Notes under the pieces: generated by a model
What the model was told of the DNA's origin: nothing
Seen by the model: only the letters and a program-made list of their open reading frames with translations
Database searches by the model: none
Assembly: GCA_963664705.1 (NCBI GenBank)
Contig: OY761556.1
Location: forward strand, 6,592,001-6,656,000
Length of the DNA stretch: 64,000 nt
Direction: 5' to 3'
DNA from: Acidobacteriota bacterium
GTDB taxonomy: Bacteria; Acidobacteriota; UBA6911
Program-made: the position numbers and the translations under genes
Shown here: piece after piece, positions 1 through 8,835 of the stretch
How the letters are laid out: each line of letters opens with the position of its first letter
Numbering within the stretch: the stretch's first letter is position 1

Positions 1-933
1 CCGTTTCGATCTTGTACCCATAGACAAATATGAGTGCGCCCACTCCGCCGATGAAGAAAGCGCCGAAGGGATGCACGATATCCGAGCCCGCGCAGATGGC
101 AATCAAGCCGGCAAGTGCGCCGTTGTGGGCAAAGCCGGGGTCATTCCGCGAGAAGACAATGGCGAACAGGACGCCGCCCACCATCGCAAAGAGGGAATTG
201 ACTGCAACCAGGCCGCTGATCCCCTCGAATCGCTGAGCGCTCATGACGTTGAAGCCAAACCAGCCAATCGCGAGAATCCAACTGCCAAGCGAGAGGTAGG
301 GGATGTTTGAAGCCGGAATGCCGATGCTTTTCCCGTTAACCCAGCGTCCAAGCCTCTGTCCCAGAATGATGACGGCGGGCAACGCCAGCCAGCCGCCCAT
401 CGAATGGACAACGACCGATCCGGCAAAATCGTGGAAAGTTGCTCCGGAAAAGTTGTGAATCCAGTTCTGGAAAAGCTCAGTCTTCCCCAGATCAGCGCCT
501 CGAAAAACGGATAGCCTACACCGGTAAAGATTCCGCCCGCCAGAACCTGCGGCCAGAAGCGGGAGCGCTCGGCGATGCCGCCCGAAATAATTGCAGGAAT
601 ACATGCGGCAAATGTCGTTAGAAAGAAGCAGTGCAGAAGGTCGAACCCGCGTGCGCCTTCAGCCGGAGATCCGTTGATCATGTTCAGAATCGACCCGGCG
701 CCCGCCCAGAATGAAATGCCGTAGGCAATCGGGAAACCAATCAGAAAATAGGCCAGCGTTGAAACCGACCAATCGGTGAATATTTTTACGAGAGCATTCA
801 CCTGGTTCTTGGTCCGGACGGAGCCTGCTTCCAGAAAGGCAAAACCCGCGTGCATGGAAAAGATCATGACCGCGCCGATCATCAGGAAAAGAGCATCCGC
901 GCTGTAGCGTATGGTCTGAAGCGGTTCGTTCAT
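1..933 (-). pseudogene. amt: Ammonium transporter (Amt family), interrupted by a 1-nt frameshift near 471-474; 3' end runs off the window
   Basis: The first frame has MHAGFAFLEAGSVRTKN and AIISGGIAER. After WGRLSF the Amt sequence continues in another frame (FHDFAGSVVVHSMGGW, GWFGFN, HNGALAGLIAICAG). ATG at 933 has a GGAGG RBS. Could be a sequencing error rather than a real pseudogene. Confidence 0.85.
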
Positions 934-1015
934 TGCACCTCCTGTATTCATTGCGTGCACCCCTGCATTCAATTCACACCCTGTGAGACAGACTTGGATT
1001 CAAATAGACCTGAAA

Positions 1016-1032
1016 TGCAAAATATGGGCCGG
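1016..1032 (-). promoter_or_regulatory. Putative sigma54 (-24/-12) promoter of amt
   Basis: Minus strand reads CCGGCCCATATTTTGCA: GG-N10-GC with TTGCA, about 80 bp upstream of the amt ATG. Confidence 0.6.
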
Positions 1033-1150
1033 AGATGGCGGGAGGTTTATAAATCCTATAAGTATATGAATATAATTGCCTTATGTGTTGGGATGCTGTT
1101 GATTGGATAGTTCTTATTTATGACGGAAATGTCATGTTGCCGGTATGCCA

Positions 1151-1267
1151 TACAAATATGTAGGCTGGCAGGGGCCTGCAGGCCCGGCAGATGAGCGGTA
1201 ATCGGACTGCGCGAAAGATCTTTTTATACAAAAATGTTTGACGGTTCACATGGTTGACATAATTGTA
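1151..1267. promoter_or_regulatory. Three ACA-N4-TGT palindromes, candidate enhancer-binding-protein sites
   Basis: TACAAATATGTA (1151-1162), TACAAAAATGTT (1227-1238) and GACATAATTGTA (1256-1267), upstream of the sigma54-like promoter. Confidence 0.35.
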
Positions 1268-1268
1268 G

Positions 1269-1310
1269 GATTCCAGATTTCAGATTCCGGATTCCAGATT
1301 CCAGATTTCT
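1269..1310. repeat. Heptamer tandem repeat, 6 copies of GATTYC(A/G/T)
   Basis: gattcca gatttca gattccg gattcca gattcca gatttct, just past the ABC permease stop codon. Confidence 0.9.
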
Positions 1311-1313
1311 GTC

Positions 1314-2528
1314 TCATTCGTGCCGGAGCGCTTCGATCGGATCCAACTGTGCCGCTTTGCGCGCAGGGAAGAAGCCGAATAGAACTCCTACCAAAGCCGA
1401 GAAAATGAATGAAAAGGCTGCCATCTGCACATCAGGGATGAACGGCACATCCAGAAGCTTGGAAACGAGGACCGAGGATCCCATTCCCATGGCTATCCCA
1501 ATCACGCCGCCCAGGGAGGAGAGAACGACGGCCTCCACCAGGAATTGCATCATGACATCATGTTCGAAGGCGCCGATGGCGAGGCGCACTCCGATCTCCC
1601 GCGTGCGCTCTGTTACGGAAACGAGCATGATGTTCATGATGCCGATGCCGCCAACCAGGAGGCTGACGGCGGCAACGGCTCCAAGCAGCATGGTCAGGAG
1701 TTTTGTGGTGCCGGTCAGCGTACTCAGCAGTTGCTGTGGGTCTCGAACGGTGAAATCGTCCTCCTGGTTGACCTGGATGTTCCTGCGCTGACGCAGCAGG
1801 CGTTCGATGTCGGACCGAACCTTATCCGGATCGGAGTTCTCGCGTCGGGCGACCAGGAGTTCGCCGATGTATCGATTGCCGGAAATGCGTCGCTGAAAAG
1901 TATGCAGCGGGATCAAAACGAGATCGTCCTGATCCATCCCCATGCCTGACTGGCCTTTTGTCTCGAGCACGCCTGCTATCTGGCATGAGATGGATTGCAG
2001 GCGCACGGTGGCGCCCACGGGGTCTTTGTCGCCAAACAGCTGTTTCCGTACCGTCGCACCGATAATGCACACGGCTCCGCCCGACTGCAACTCAGCTTCG
2101 GAAAACTCTCTCCCGCCCGACAGAACCCAGCTCCGGACGCTCAGGTAGTTGTTATCCGTTCCGTAAACGGTGGAAGACCAGTTGGCATTTCCGTAGATGA
2201 CTTGCATGGATTTTGAAGTTGTCGGAGCAACGGCGCTTACGCCGGCTACTTCGTCCTTCAGCGCCTCGATGTCGCTTGAGTCAAATTGTCGGGCTTCTTC
2301 TCGAATGCCGCCACCTCCTCCGCGCCGTTCCTGGCCTGGCATGATCATGATCGTGTTTGTTCCCAGGCTGGAGATATTCGAGCTGACTTGCGCGGTTGCG
2401 CCATTTCCCAGTGTCACCATGATGATGACGGCGGCAACTCCGATGATGATGCCCAGCACGGTCAGGGATGATCGCATCACATTCCGACGGATGGCGGCCA
2501 GTGCGAGTAATATGGCATTCCAAAGCAT
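1314..2528 (-). CDS. MacB/FtsX-like ABC transporter permease
   Basis: RSSLTVLGIIIGVAAVI, GGIGIMNIMLVSVTERTREIGVRLAIGA, FFPARKAAQLDPIEALRHE. Confidence 0.95.
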   Translation of the reverse strand: MLWNAILLALAAIRRNVMRSSLTVLGIIIGVAAVIIMVTLGNGATAQVSSNISSLGTNTIMIMPGQERRGGGGGIREEARQFDSSDIEALKDEVAGVSAVAPTTSKSMQVIYGNANWSSTVYGTDNNYLSVRSWVLSGGREFSEAELQSGGAVCIIGATVRKQLFGDKDPVGATVRLQSISCQIAGVLETKGQSGMGMDQDDLVLIPLHTFQRRISGNRYIGELLVARRENSDPDKVRSDIERLLRQRRNIQVNQEDDFTVRDPQQLLSTLTGTTKLLTMLLGAVAAVSLLVGGIGIMNIMLVSVTERTREIGVRLAIGAFEHDVMMQFLVEAVVLSSLGGVIGIAMGMGSSVLVSKLLDVPFIPDVQMAAFSFIFSALVGVLFGFFPARKAAQLDPIEALRHE

Positions 2529-2543
2529 CCTGCCCTCCTTTTT

Positions 2544-3296
2544 CTAGCTTGCAGCCTGGACTTCCGGTGCTGCATAGATGTCGGACGATACCAGTCCGTC
2601 GCGGAAGAGAATGATCCGACTGGCATAGGCCGCCATGTCCGGTTCGTGCGTGACCATGATGACGCTTATCTTTTCCTCGCGATTCAGCCGCGTCAGCAGG
2701 TCCATGATTTCCCGGCTGCGCGCTGAATCCAGGTTCCCCGTCGGTTCGTCCGCAAGCAGAACAGCCGGGTCTGTGACAATGGCGCGGGCGATGGCGACTC
2801 GCTGCTGCTGTCCACCGGACAGTTGAGCGGGAGTGTGGGCTTCCCAGCCTTTGAGCCCCACCAGTTCCAGCGCGTGATTGGAGAGCCTGCGCCGCTCATT
2901 TTTTTTCATGCCGCGGTACATCAGCGGCAATTCCACGTTCTCCAATGCCGAGGTTCGGGCCAGCAGGTTGAATCCCTGGAAGACAAATCCGAGATAATGC
3001 CGTCGCAGCCGGGCCCGCTGCATCCGTGTCAACTGGCCGATGTCGACTCCTTTGAATAAAAACGCGCCACCGCTTGGTGTGTCCAGGCAGCCGAGGATAT
3101 TCATACAGGTTGATTTGCCTGAGCCGCTCGGTCCCATGATGGCCACGAACTCCCCGTTCGCGATTTGGAAATCTACCCCGGCCAGGGCCATGACGGCTGC
3201 ATCCCCTTGGCCATAGACTTTCGTGACACTCCTGAATTCCATCAGGGGTTCCTCGCCCATAACCGCTTTTCCAGGGTCTGCATTTATTGATCTCAT
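2544..3296 (-). CDS. ABC transporter ATP-binding protein (MacB/LolD-like)
   Basis: Walker A GPSGSGKST, signature LSGGQQQRVAIARA, Walker B LLADEPTGNLD, H-loop VTHE. Start placed at the ATGA overlap with the upstream gene; 3260 is an alternative. Confidence 0.95.
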   Translation of the reverse strand: MRSINADPGKAVMGEEPLMEFRSVTKVYGQGDAAVMALAGVDFQIANGEFVAIMGPSGSGKSTCMNILGCLDTPSGGAFLFKGVDIGQLTRMQRARLRRHYLGFVFQGFNLLARTSALENVELPLMYRGMKKNERRRLSNHALELVGLKGWEAHTPAQLSGGQQQRVAIARAIVTDPAVLLADEPTGNLDSARSREIMDLLTRLNREEKISVIMVTHEPDMAAYASRIILFRDGLVSSDIYAAPEVQAAS

Positions 3297-4582
3297 TTTT
3301 CCACCTTTAGCGTGTCCACCACCAGGGGAGTGCCGGATTGAATTTCGTTGGTAATGATTTCCGTCCATTTGCCATTTGTGATGCCGGTCTTCACCGTGAC
3401 AGGGACGGGTTGTTGATTTTTGAGTATCCAGACGCGCGGTCCGGAGTGTTCTTCCTCCTGGCCCTTGGAAGCGGAGGGCCTTGGCGGCGGACCGGGCATT
3501 ATCCTCTGGATAAGACTGCGCTGATCTGTCTGCTGAGCAGAGGCAGTGATCGCGGGAGTAAAACGCAGTGCAATGTTGGGCGCCAGCAGCGCGTTTCTGA
3601 CCGACTGCACGGTGATGGCGGCAGTGGCTGTCATCCCGGGCCGCAGGCTGAGATCATTGTTGTCAACCGAGATAATGGCCGTGTAGGTGACCACGTTATT
3701 TGTTGTCGTCGAGGCATAGCGCACCTGGATGATTTTGCCGGGGAACTGACGGCCCGGGTAGGCGTCGACGGTGAAGAAGACTTTCTGCCCTTCTTTCACA
3801 AGCCCGATGTCTGCCTCATCGATGTTTACCTCGAGCTTCATCCTGGTCAGATCTTCCGCAAGCTCAAACATGGTGGCTACGGAGAAGGATGCCTGGATTG
3901 TCTGCCCCGGCTCGACATTCCGTGAAAGCACTACGCCGTCCACCGGAGATTTGATTACGGCTTTCCTGATATCCGTTTCATTTTGGGCAAGCGTTGCTTC
4001 CGCCTTGTCCACGGAGGCCTGCCTGTTGGTAACCGCTACCCTGGCTCGCTCATAATTGGCCTTGGCCGTGTCCACGTCGGTCTGAGCTGGCAGTTGTCCA
4101 TTCGATCGGGCTCTTGCATCCAGGATGCGTTTGTATTCGTGTTCCTTTTCTTCCAGCGTTACCTGTGCGTCCTGAACATCGGCGCGGGCAGAGGCGAGGG
4201 AAGCTTTTGCCTGCAGAACCGCCTGCTGCAGTTTTTCCAGGTTTATCTTTGCCAATACCTGTCCGACTTTGACCGGGCTGTTGTAGGTAACCTCCACGGA
4301 GTCGATGGTTCCCGACACTTCACTGCCGACATTGACGGTATTGGTGGGTTTCAATTGCCCGGTTGCCGTGACGGTAACGGTCAAATCTCCCAGGCGTGCG
4401 GTTTCCATTCGATACTGAATGGGAGGTTCCGCCGCCGGCTTGAGTTTTTTCACCGCAAAACCTCCGGTGGCACCGAGCGCCATCAGGATAAGCAGCCAAA
4501 GCACGCGCTTTTTCCAGCGGCCATTGCGATCCGCTACTCCCAGCACCTTGTGGATATCCTTTTGTTCTGAGTTCTTTCGCAT
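3293..4582 (-). CDS. MacA-like periplasmic adaptor (membrane fusion protein)
   Basis: N-terminal TM anchor, VGSEVSGTI, IKSPVDGVV, VDAYPGRQF, LRPGMTA. Confidence 0.93.
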   Translation of the reverse strand: MRKNSEQKDIHKVLGVADRNGRWKKRVLWLLILMALGATGGFAVKKLKPAAEPPIQYRMETARLGDLTVTVTATGQLKPTNTVNVGSEVSGTIDSVEVTYNSPVKVGQVLAKINLEKLQQAVLQAKASLASARADVQDAQVTLEEKEHEYKRILDARARSNGQLPAQTDVDTAKANYERARVAVTNRQASVDKAEATLAQNETDIRKAVIKSPVDGVVLSRNVEPGQTIQASFSVATMFELAEDLTRMKLEVNIDEADIGLVKEGQKVFFTVDAYPGRQFPGKIIQVRYASTTTNNVVTYTAIISVDNNDLSLRPGMTATAAITVQSVRNALLAPNIALRFTPAITASAQQTDQRSLIQRIMPGPPPRPSASKGQEEEHSGPRVWILKNQQPVPVTVKTGITNGKWTEIITNEIQSGTPLVVDTLKVEK

Positions 4583-6132
4583 TAGGAAATCTCCTTGCCG
4601 CGATTATCTTCCTCCTGCGCCGGAGCGAACGGGCTGACAACGACGGCATCGGACGCGGTTTGCATGCCGGTCAAGCCACCCGTCGGCGCAGCCTGGTTCC
4701 ATCCGCCTCCCAGGGATTTGTAGAGGCGCACCAGGTTTTCTGCAATCGAGGCATTGCTCTGAGTCCATTGATTCTGAAGATTCAGAAGGGATCTTTGCGT
4801 TTCCAGCACATTCAAGTAATCTTTCAGCCCGACGGAATACAGCTCCTTGGACATTTCGGCGGCATGCTCTGCCGCGTTCACGGCCTGTGCCAGGGTGTTC
4901 CGTCGTTCCTGTTCCTTCGCAAAGGATTGCAATGCATCTTCTACATCCTTGACGGCAGTCAGTACCGTCTCTTCGTATGTCGTCAGGTATTGATCCAGCA
5001 CGGCGTCCTGTACCTTGATCTGTTCCCGAATTTTCTGCCGGCTGAAAAGCGTCTGTTGAATCGAGCCGGCGAGGCTGGATACGATGGCTGAAGGGGTCAG
5101 ATTCCAGACTCGCAGCGCACTCATGCCAAAAGAGCCGGACAGAGTGAATGTGGGATAAAGATTCAGGTTGGCTGCGCCCACACGCGCGGCCTGGGCCGCA
5201 ACCTTCTGCTCCGCGCTACGGATATCGGGGCGGCGGCGCAGCAGATCGGCCGGCAACCCGATGGCCACTTCCAGCGGGATTTGTGGAATGGACTGGATGG
5301 TTGCCAGTTCCTTGTCGAGTGCGCCCGGACGTTCGCCTAGCAGCAATGCCAGGCTGTTCATGGATTTTTGCAGGCTGGTTTCCAGCGTTGGAATCTCGGA
5401 GCGTGTGGACTCCACCGTCATGCGGGCTTGCTCGGCATCCAGTTGTGTGGCGAGACCGCTGTCGGCGCGCGCCTGGGTCAGCCGGTATGTCTCCTCCTGC
5501 GATGACAGGTTGCTCCGGGTTGTAGCCAGTTGGGCCTGGTAGGATCGAATATCGATATAGTTCAGGGCAACTTCCGCGACAAGGCTGACCAGGGTATCCC
5601 GCAGATCTTCCTGGGTTGCCGCCAGGTCGGCATCGTATGCCTGGAGATTCTGCCGCGTTCGATGAAAGAAATCCGCTTCCCAGCTCGCGTCGACATTCAG
5701 GCCATAGGATTGTCCATAATTGCCTCCCGTCTGGGAACTGCTCCGGTTTCCGTTTGCAGACGCTCCGGCCGCTACGGATGGAAGTCCCCCTGCTGCGGCC
5801 ACATTGCGTTGCGCCCGCGCCTGCCGGATCGCCGCATCCGCCTTGCGCAAACTCAGATTGCCTTTCACGGCTCGCTCTTCCAGCGATGCCAGCAGTGGAT
5901 CGTTGAACCCTGTCCACCACTGAGACAAGGCTGCCTCATCGATGGCAGCGATCATTGCGCCTCCCGCAGGCTGCGTATTCCACTGCGAGTTCTGATCCAC
6001 CTTTGGCGTTGCCGGCGGTTGGTATTTCGCCCTGGCTTTGATGCAACCGGTCAGATTGAGAGCCAGTCCGATGACAGCAATTCCCGTAAGAAGTTGCTTT
6101 TTTGCCCGGTGAGATTCCGCATGCTGAAACAT
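4582..6132 (-). CDS. Outer-membrane efflux lipoprotein (NodT/OprM family)
   Basis: Lipobox LTGC, WWTGFNDPLL, ASWEADFF, GLPADLLRRRPDIRSAE, LYKSLGGGW. Confidence 0.95.
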   Translation of the reverse strand: MFQHAESHRAKKQLLTGIAVIGLALNLTGCIKARAKYQPPATPKVDQNSQWNTQPAGGAMIAAIDEAALSQWWTGFNDPLLASLEERAVKGNLSLRKADAAIRQARAQRNVAAAGGLPSVAAGASANGNRSSSQTGGNYGQSYGLNVDASWEADFFHRTRQNLQAYDADLAATQEDLRDTLVSLVAEVALNYIDIRSYQAQLATTRSNLSSQEETYRLTQARADSGLATQLDAEQARMTVESTRSEIPTLETSLQKSMNSLALLLGERPGALDKELATIQSIPQIPLEVAIGLPADLLRRRPDIRSAEQKVAAQAARVGAANLNLYPTFTLSGSFGMSALRVWNLTPSAIVSSLAGSIQQTLFSRQKIREQIKVQDAVLDQYLTTYEETVLTAVKDVEDALQSFAKEQERRNTLAQAVNAAEHAAEMSKELYSVGLKDYLNVLETQRSLLNLQNQWTQSNASIAENLVRLYKSLGGGWNQAAPTGGLTGMQTASDAVVVSPFAPAQEEDNRGKEIS

Positions 6133-6396
6133 GGCTGCACTCCTTAAAAGACCTCAAAGTCCAACTGCGCTGATCGGTCTATTTCTTCGCCTTCACTGAC
6201 AATTACGCAAAGAAGCCCCGCCAAAACGTAAAGGTTTGTTAAATCTATTAAAATGCTTTAATCGTCAGGATTTGCAGTGGCGGATTGCCTGTGCTCCGTT
6301 TTGCGTTGCTTGTGATTGGCGGGCCTGAGATACTCATCCCCAAAAATAAAACCCGGTTGATGGCTGTCCGAAAGAGCTGTTTTCAGAGGTATTGAT

Positions 6397-8622
6397 ATGG
6401 CACGGAGCGGGATGCATGGAGCAATGCGAGCAGGCTATAGCGCATTGCTGGTGATTCTGGTTGGCGGGATTTTGGTATCCGACTTGAGAGCGCAGGAGTC
6501 GAGCGCGGCTGAAACAGGCGAGGTCGGGTACAGGGTTGCTCCTGTGCGATCGCGCATTGTGCTGGACGGCCTTTTGTCCGAATCAGATTGGGTCGATGCT
6601 CGACCGATTGGAATGATTCGCCAGCGCGAGCCGCATCAGGGCGAACCCGCTTCAGAGCGAACCGAAGTCAAGCTTCTATTTGATGATCGAAATATCTACG
6701 TCGGCATCCAGTGTTTCGACGCAGAGCCGGGCCGTATTATTGCGACGCAGATGGCCAGGGATTCGGATCTGGCCATGGATGACAAGGTTGAAATTCTGTT
6801 CGACACTTTCCACGATCATCGCAATGCGTTTTATTTTGCAACTAATCCTGCCGGTTCCCTGGTGGACGGACTGATCATCGAGAATGGTCAGATCATGAAT
6901 CTGGAGTGGGATGCAATATGGGATGTTCGAACAACGAGGTCCGAGCAGGGGTGGAGCGCCGAGTTTGCGATTCCATTCAAAACCCTCAGTTTCAAAGCCG
7001 GTCAGAAGGCATGGGGCTTTAATTTTTCCCGCACGATTAAGAGGAAGTTTGAGGAAGATCGGTGGGCCTCGCCTCGCCTGGATACGACCTTTCAACAGGT
7101 TTCCCAGGCCGGAAAAATTGAGGGGCTGGCGGAGGTGGCCCAGGGATTAGGAATCGACATTCGCCCCTATGGTTCCGGCGATGCCATTCACTATGGCGAT
7201 ACTCAATCGAGTGCGCTGGCAGGCAAGGGGGGTGGCGATGTTTTTTACAGCCTTACTCCCAGCCTCAAGTGGTCGACCACGTTTAATACCGATTTCGGCG
7301 AGACGGAGGTGGATGATCGCCAGATCAATCTGACGCGCTTCCCCCTGTTTTTTCCCGAAAAACGAGCCTTCTTCCTGGAAAATACGGGAGTTTTCGATTT
7401 TGGAGTCATTCCCGGTCAGTTCTTTTCAGAGTTGATGCCATTCTTCAGCCGTAAAATCGGGCTGGTGGGAGATCAGGAGATTCCGCTATCGGTGGGAACG
7501 AAATTGACCGGCAAAGCCGGGCGTTTCGATATCGGGATCATGGATGTACAAACGCGCGCCGCCGGGGATATCGACAGCAAAAATCTTCTGGTTACGCGTG
7601 TAAAGAGAAACCTGTTCAGCCAGTCCTACATAGGAGGGATGTTTACCAACGGCAATCCTACTGAAGCGTCATCGTCCCAGACGTATGGCTTTGATCTGAA
7701 CCTGGCGACGTCAAACTTTGCTGGATCGGGAAAGAATTTAAAGGTGACCACCTATCTCCTCAAGACCTCCAACGAGGGGATCAAGGGCAAGGACCGCTCG
7801 TATGGCTTTGCTGTTAATTATCCGAACGACTTGTGGAACTTGGGATTCGAGTGGGGTACGGTCGAGGAGAATTTTGAGCCGGCAATGGGCTTCGTTCTGC
7901 GCGGCAACACGCGCAAGATTCGGATTGATGCGGTCTTCTCGCCAAGGCCCAGGAATTTTCTCAACCTCCGTCAGATGTACCACGAGTTCCGCTTCTACCG
8001 GTATGTGCGGCTGGATTACGGGCAGACGGAGAGTTGGCAATTTCTCACTGCTCCGATCAATTATAGATTCAATTCGGGCGATCGCCTGGAATTTGACTAT
8101 GCACCCGAATTTCAGAGGCTTTTTGAAAATTTTGAAATTTCCAAGGGTGTGACATTGCCGTCGGGCACTTACCGCTTTACGCGCTACCGGGCGGAGTGGG
8201 AAAGCGCATCCAAGAGAAAATGGGAGGCCTTTATGACCTGGTGGTTTGGTACGTACTATTCGGGTACCGCCGACCAGATCTCAACCACCTTTTCCTATAA
8301 GCTGGCGCCGCACCTGCAAACCAGCATTGGTTTGAATCAGACCTTCGGCAGATTGAAGGAAGGCAACTTTGTGGCACGCATTTATAGCTGGAAAGCCAAC
8401 TACTCCTTCACGCCGTTCCTTACGCTTTATAACCTTGTCCAATTCGATAACGAGACGAGGAATCTGGGATGGCAGAGTCGTTTGCGCTGGATTGTGAAAC
8501 CCGGGAATGACCTTTTCCTGGTGTTCAATCAGGGGTGGATTCAGGATGAACAAAACGATTTTAAGTTTCGAATGACCGACCGCAAACTATCTTTCAAGAT
8601 TCAATATACATTTAGACTCTAA
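6397..8622 (+). CDS. Exported protein with an N-terminal CBM9-like domain and a C-terminal beta-barrel (DUF5916-like)
   Basis: Signal peptide, LDGLLSESDW, GWSAEFAIPFKTL, NTDFGETEVD, RFPLFFPEKRAFFLE, aromatic C-terminal strand KIQYTFRL. Confidence 0.8.
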   Translation: MARSGMHGAMRAGYSALLVILVGGILVSDLRAQESSAAETGEVGYRVAPVRSRIVLDGLLSESDWVDARPIGMIRQREPHQGEPASERTEVKLLFDDRNIYVGIQCFDAEPGRIIATQMARDSDLAMDDKVEILFDTFHDHRNAFYFATNPAGSLVDGLIIENGQIMNLEWDAIWDVRTTRSEQGWSAEFAIPFKTLSFKAGQKAWGFNFSRTIKRKFEEDRWASPRLDTTFQQVSQAGKIEGLAEVAQGLGIDIRPYGSGDAIHYGDTQSSALAGKGGGDVFYSLTPSLKWSTTFNTDFGETEVDDRQINLTRFPLFFPEKRAFFLENTGVFDFGVIPGQFFSELMPFFSRKIGLVGDQEIPLSVGTKLTGKAGRFDIGIMDVQTRAAGDIDSKNLLVTRVKRNLFSQSYIGGMFTNGNPTEASSSQTYGFDLNLATSNFAGSGKNLKVTTYLLKTSNEGIKGKDRSYGFAVNYPNDLWNLGFEWGTVEENFEPAMGFVLRGNTRKIRIDAVFSPRPRNFLNLRQMYHEFRFYRYVRLDYGQTESWQFLTAPINYRFNSGDRLEFDYAPEFQRLFENFEISKGVTLPSGTYRFTRYRAEWESASKRKWEAFMTWWFGTYYSGTADQISTTFSYKLAPHLQTSIGLNQTFGRLKEGNFVARIYSWKANYSFTPFLTLYNLVQFDNETRNLGWQSRLRWIVKPGNDLFLVFNQGWIQDEQNDFKFRMTDRKLSFKIQYTFRL

Positions 8623-8717
8623 CGTGGTGAGTCAGAATTCCTTTGCTATTTGGAATTCCTGTTTTAGCGCCTATGATTGTGCAACATGGCCTGTTCAGGT
8701 AAAAAGGAAAAGAAAAA

Positions 8718-8790
8718 CTTGGAGTTTGGGTGTGGAAACCCGGAAGGAGCCCGGAGGGCGACCGAAGGGTTTCTACTCCCAAACTCCAAG
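8718..8790 (+). other. Long stem-loop in the element leader (24-bp arms, 2 mismatches, inner GCCC-GGA-GGGC hairpin)
   Basis: CTTGGAGTTTGGGTGTGGAAACCC pairs with GGGTTTCTACTCCCAAACTCCAAG. Confidence 0.85.
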
Positions 8791-8835
8791 CGCGGATGCA
8801 CTCGGATAGCACAGTCCTACATATTGAAGGCGCCC

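Noticed and set aside
1269-1310. Possible CRISPR array at the short repeats (also considered 19482-19779)
   Set aside because: There are no unique spacers between 7-bp units, only two copies of the 24-bp repeat 274 bp apart, and no cas genes.
6228-6242. CpxR-like GTAAA-N5-GTTAA box upstream of the ABC exporter operon
   Set aside because: A single imperfect match in AT-rich DNA with no cognate regulator nearby is too weak to call.
8677-8835. N-terminal extension of DUF1670-A from GTG 8677 (contains EGARRAT)
   Set aside because: It runs through the leader hairpin and has no clear RBS, so ATG 8836 is preferred. Translation from upstream cannot be fully excluded.
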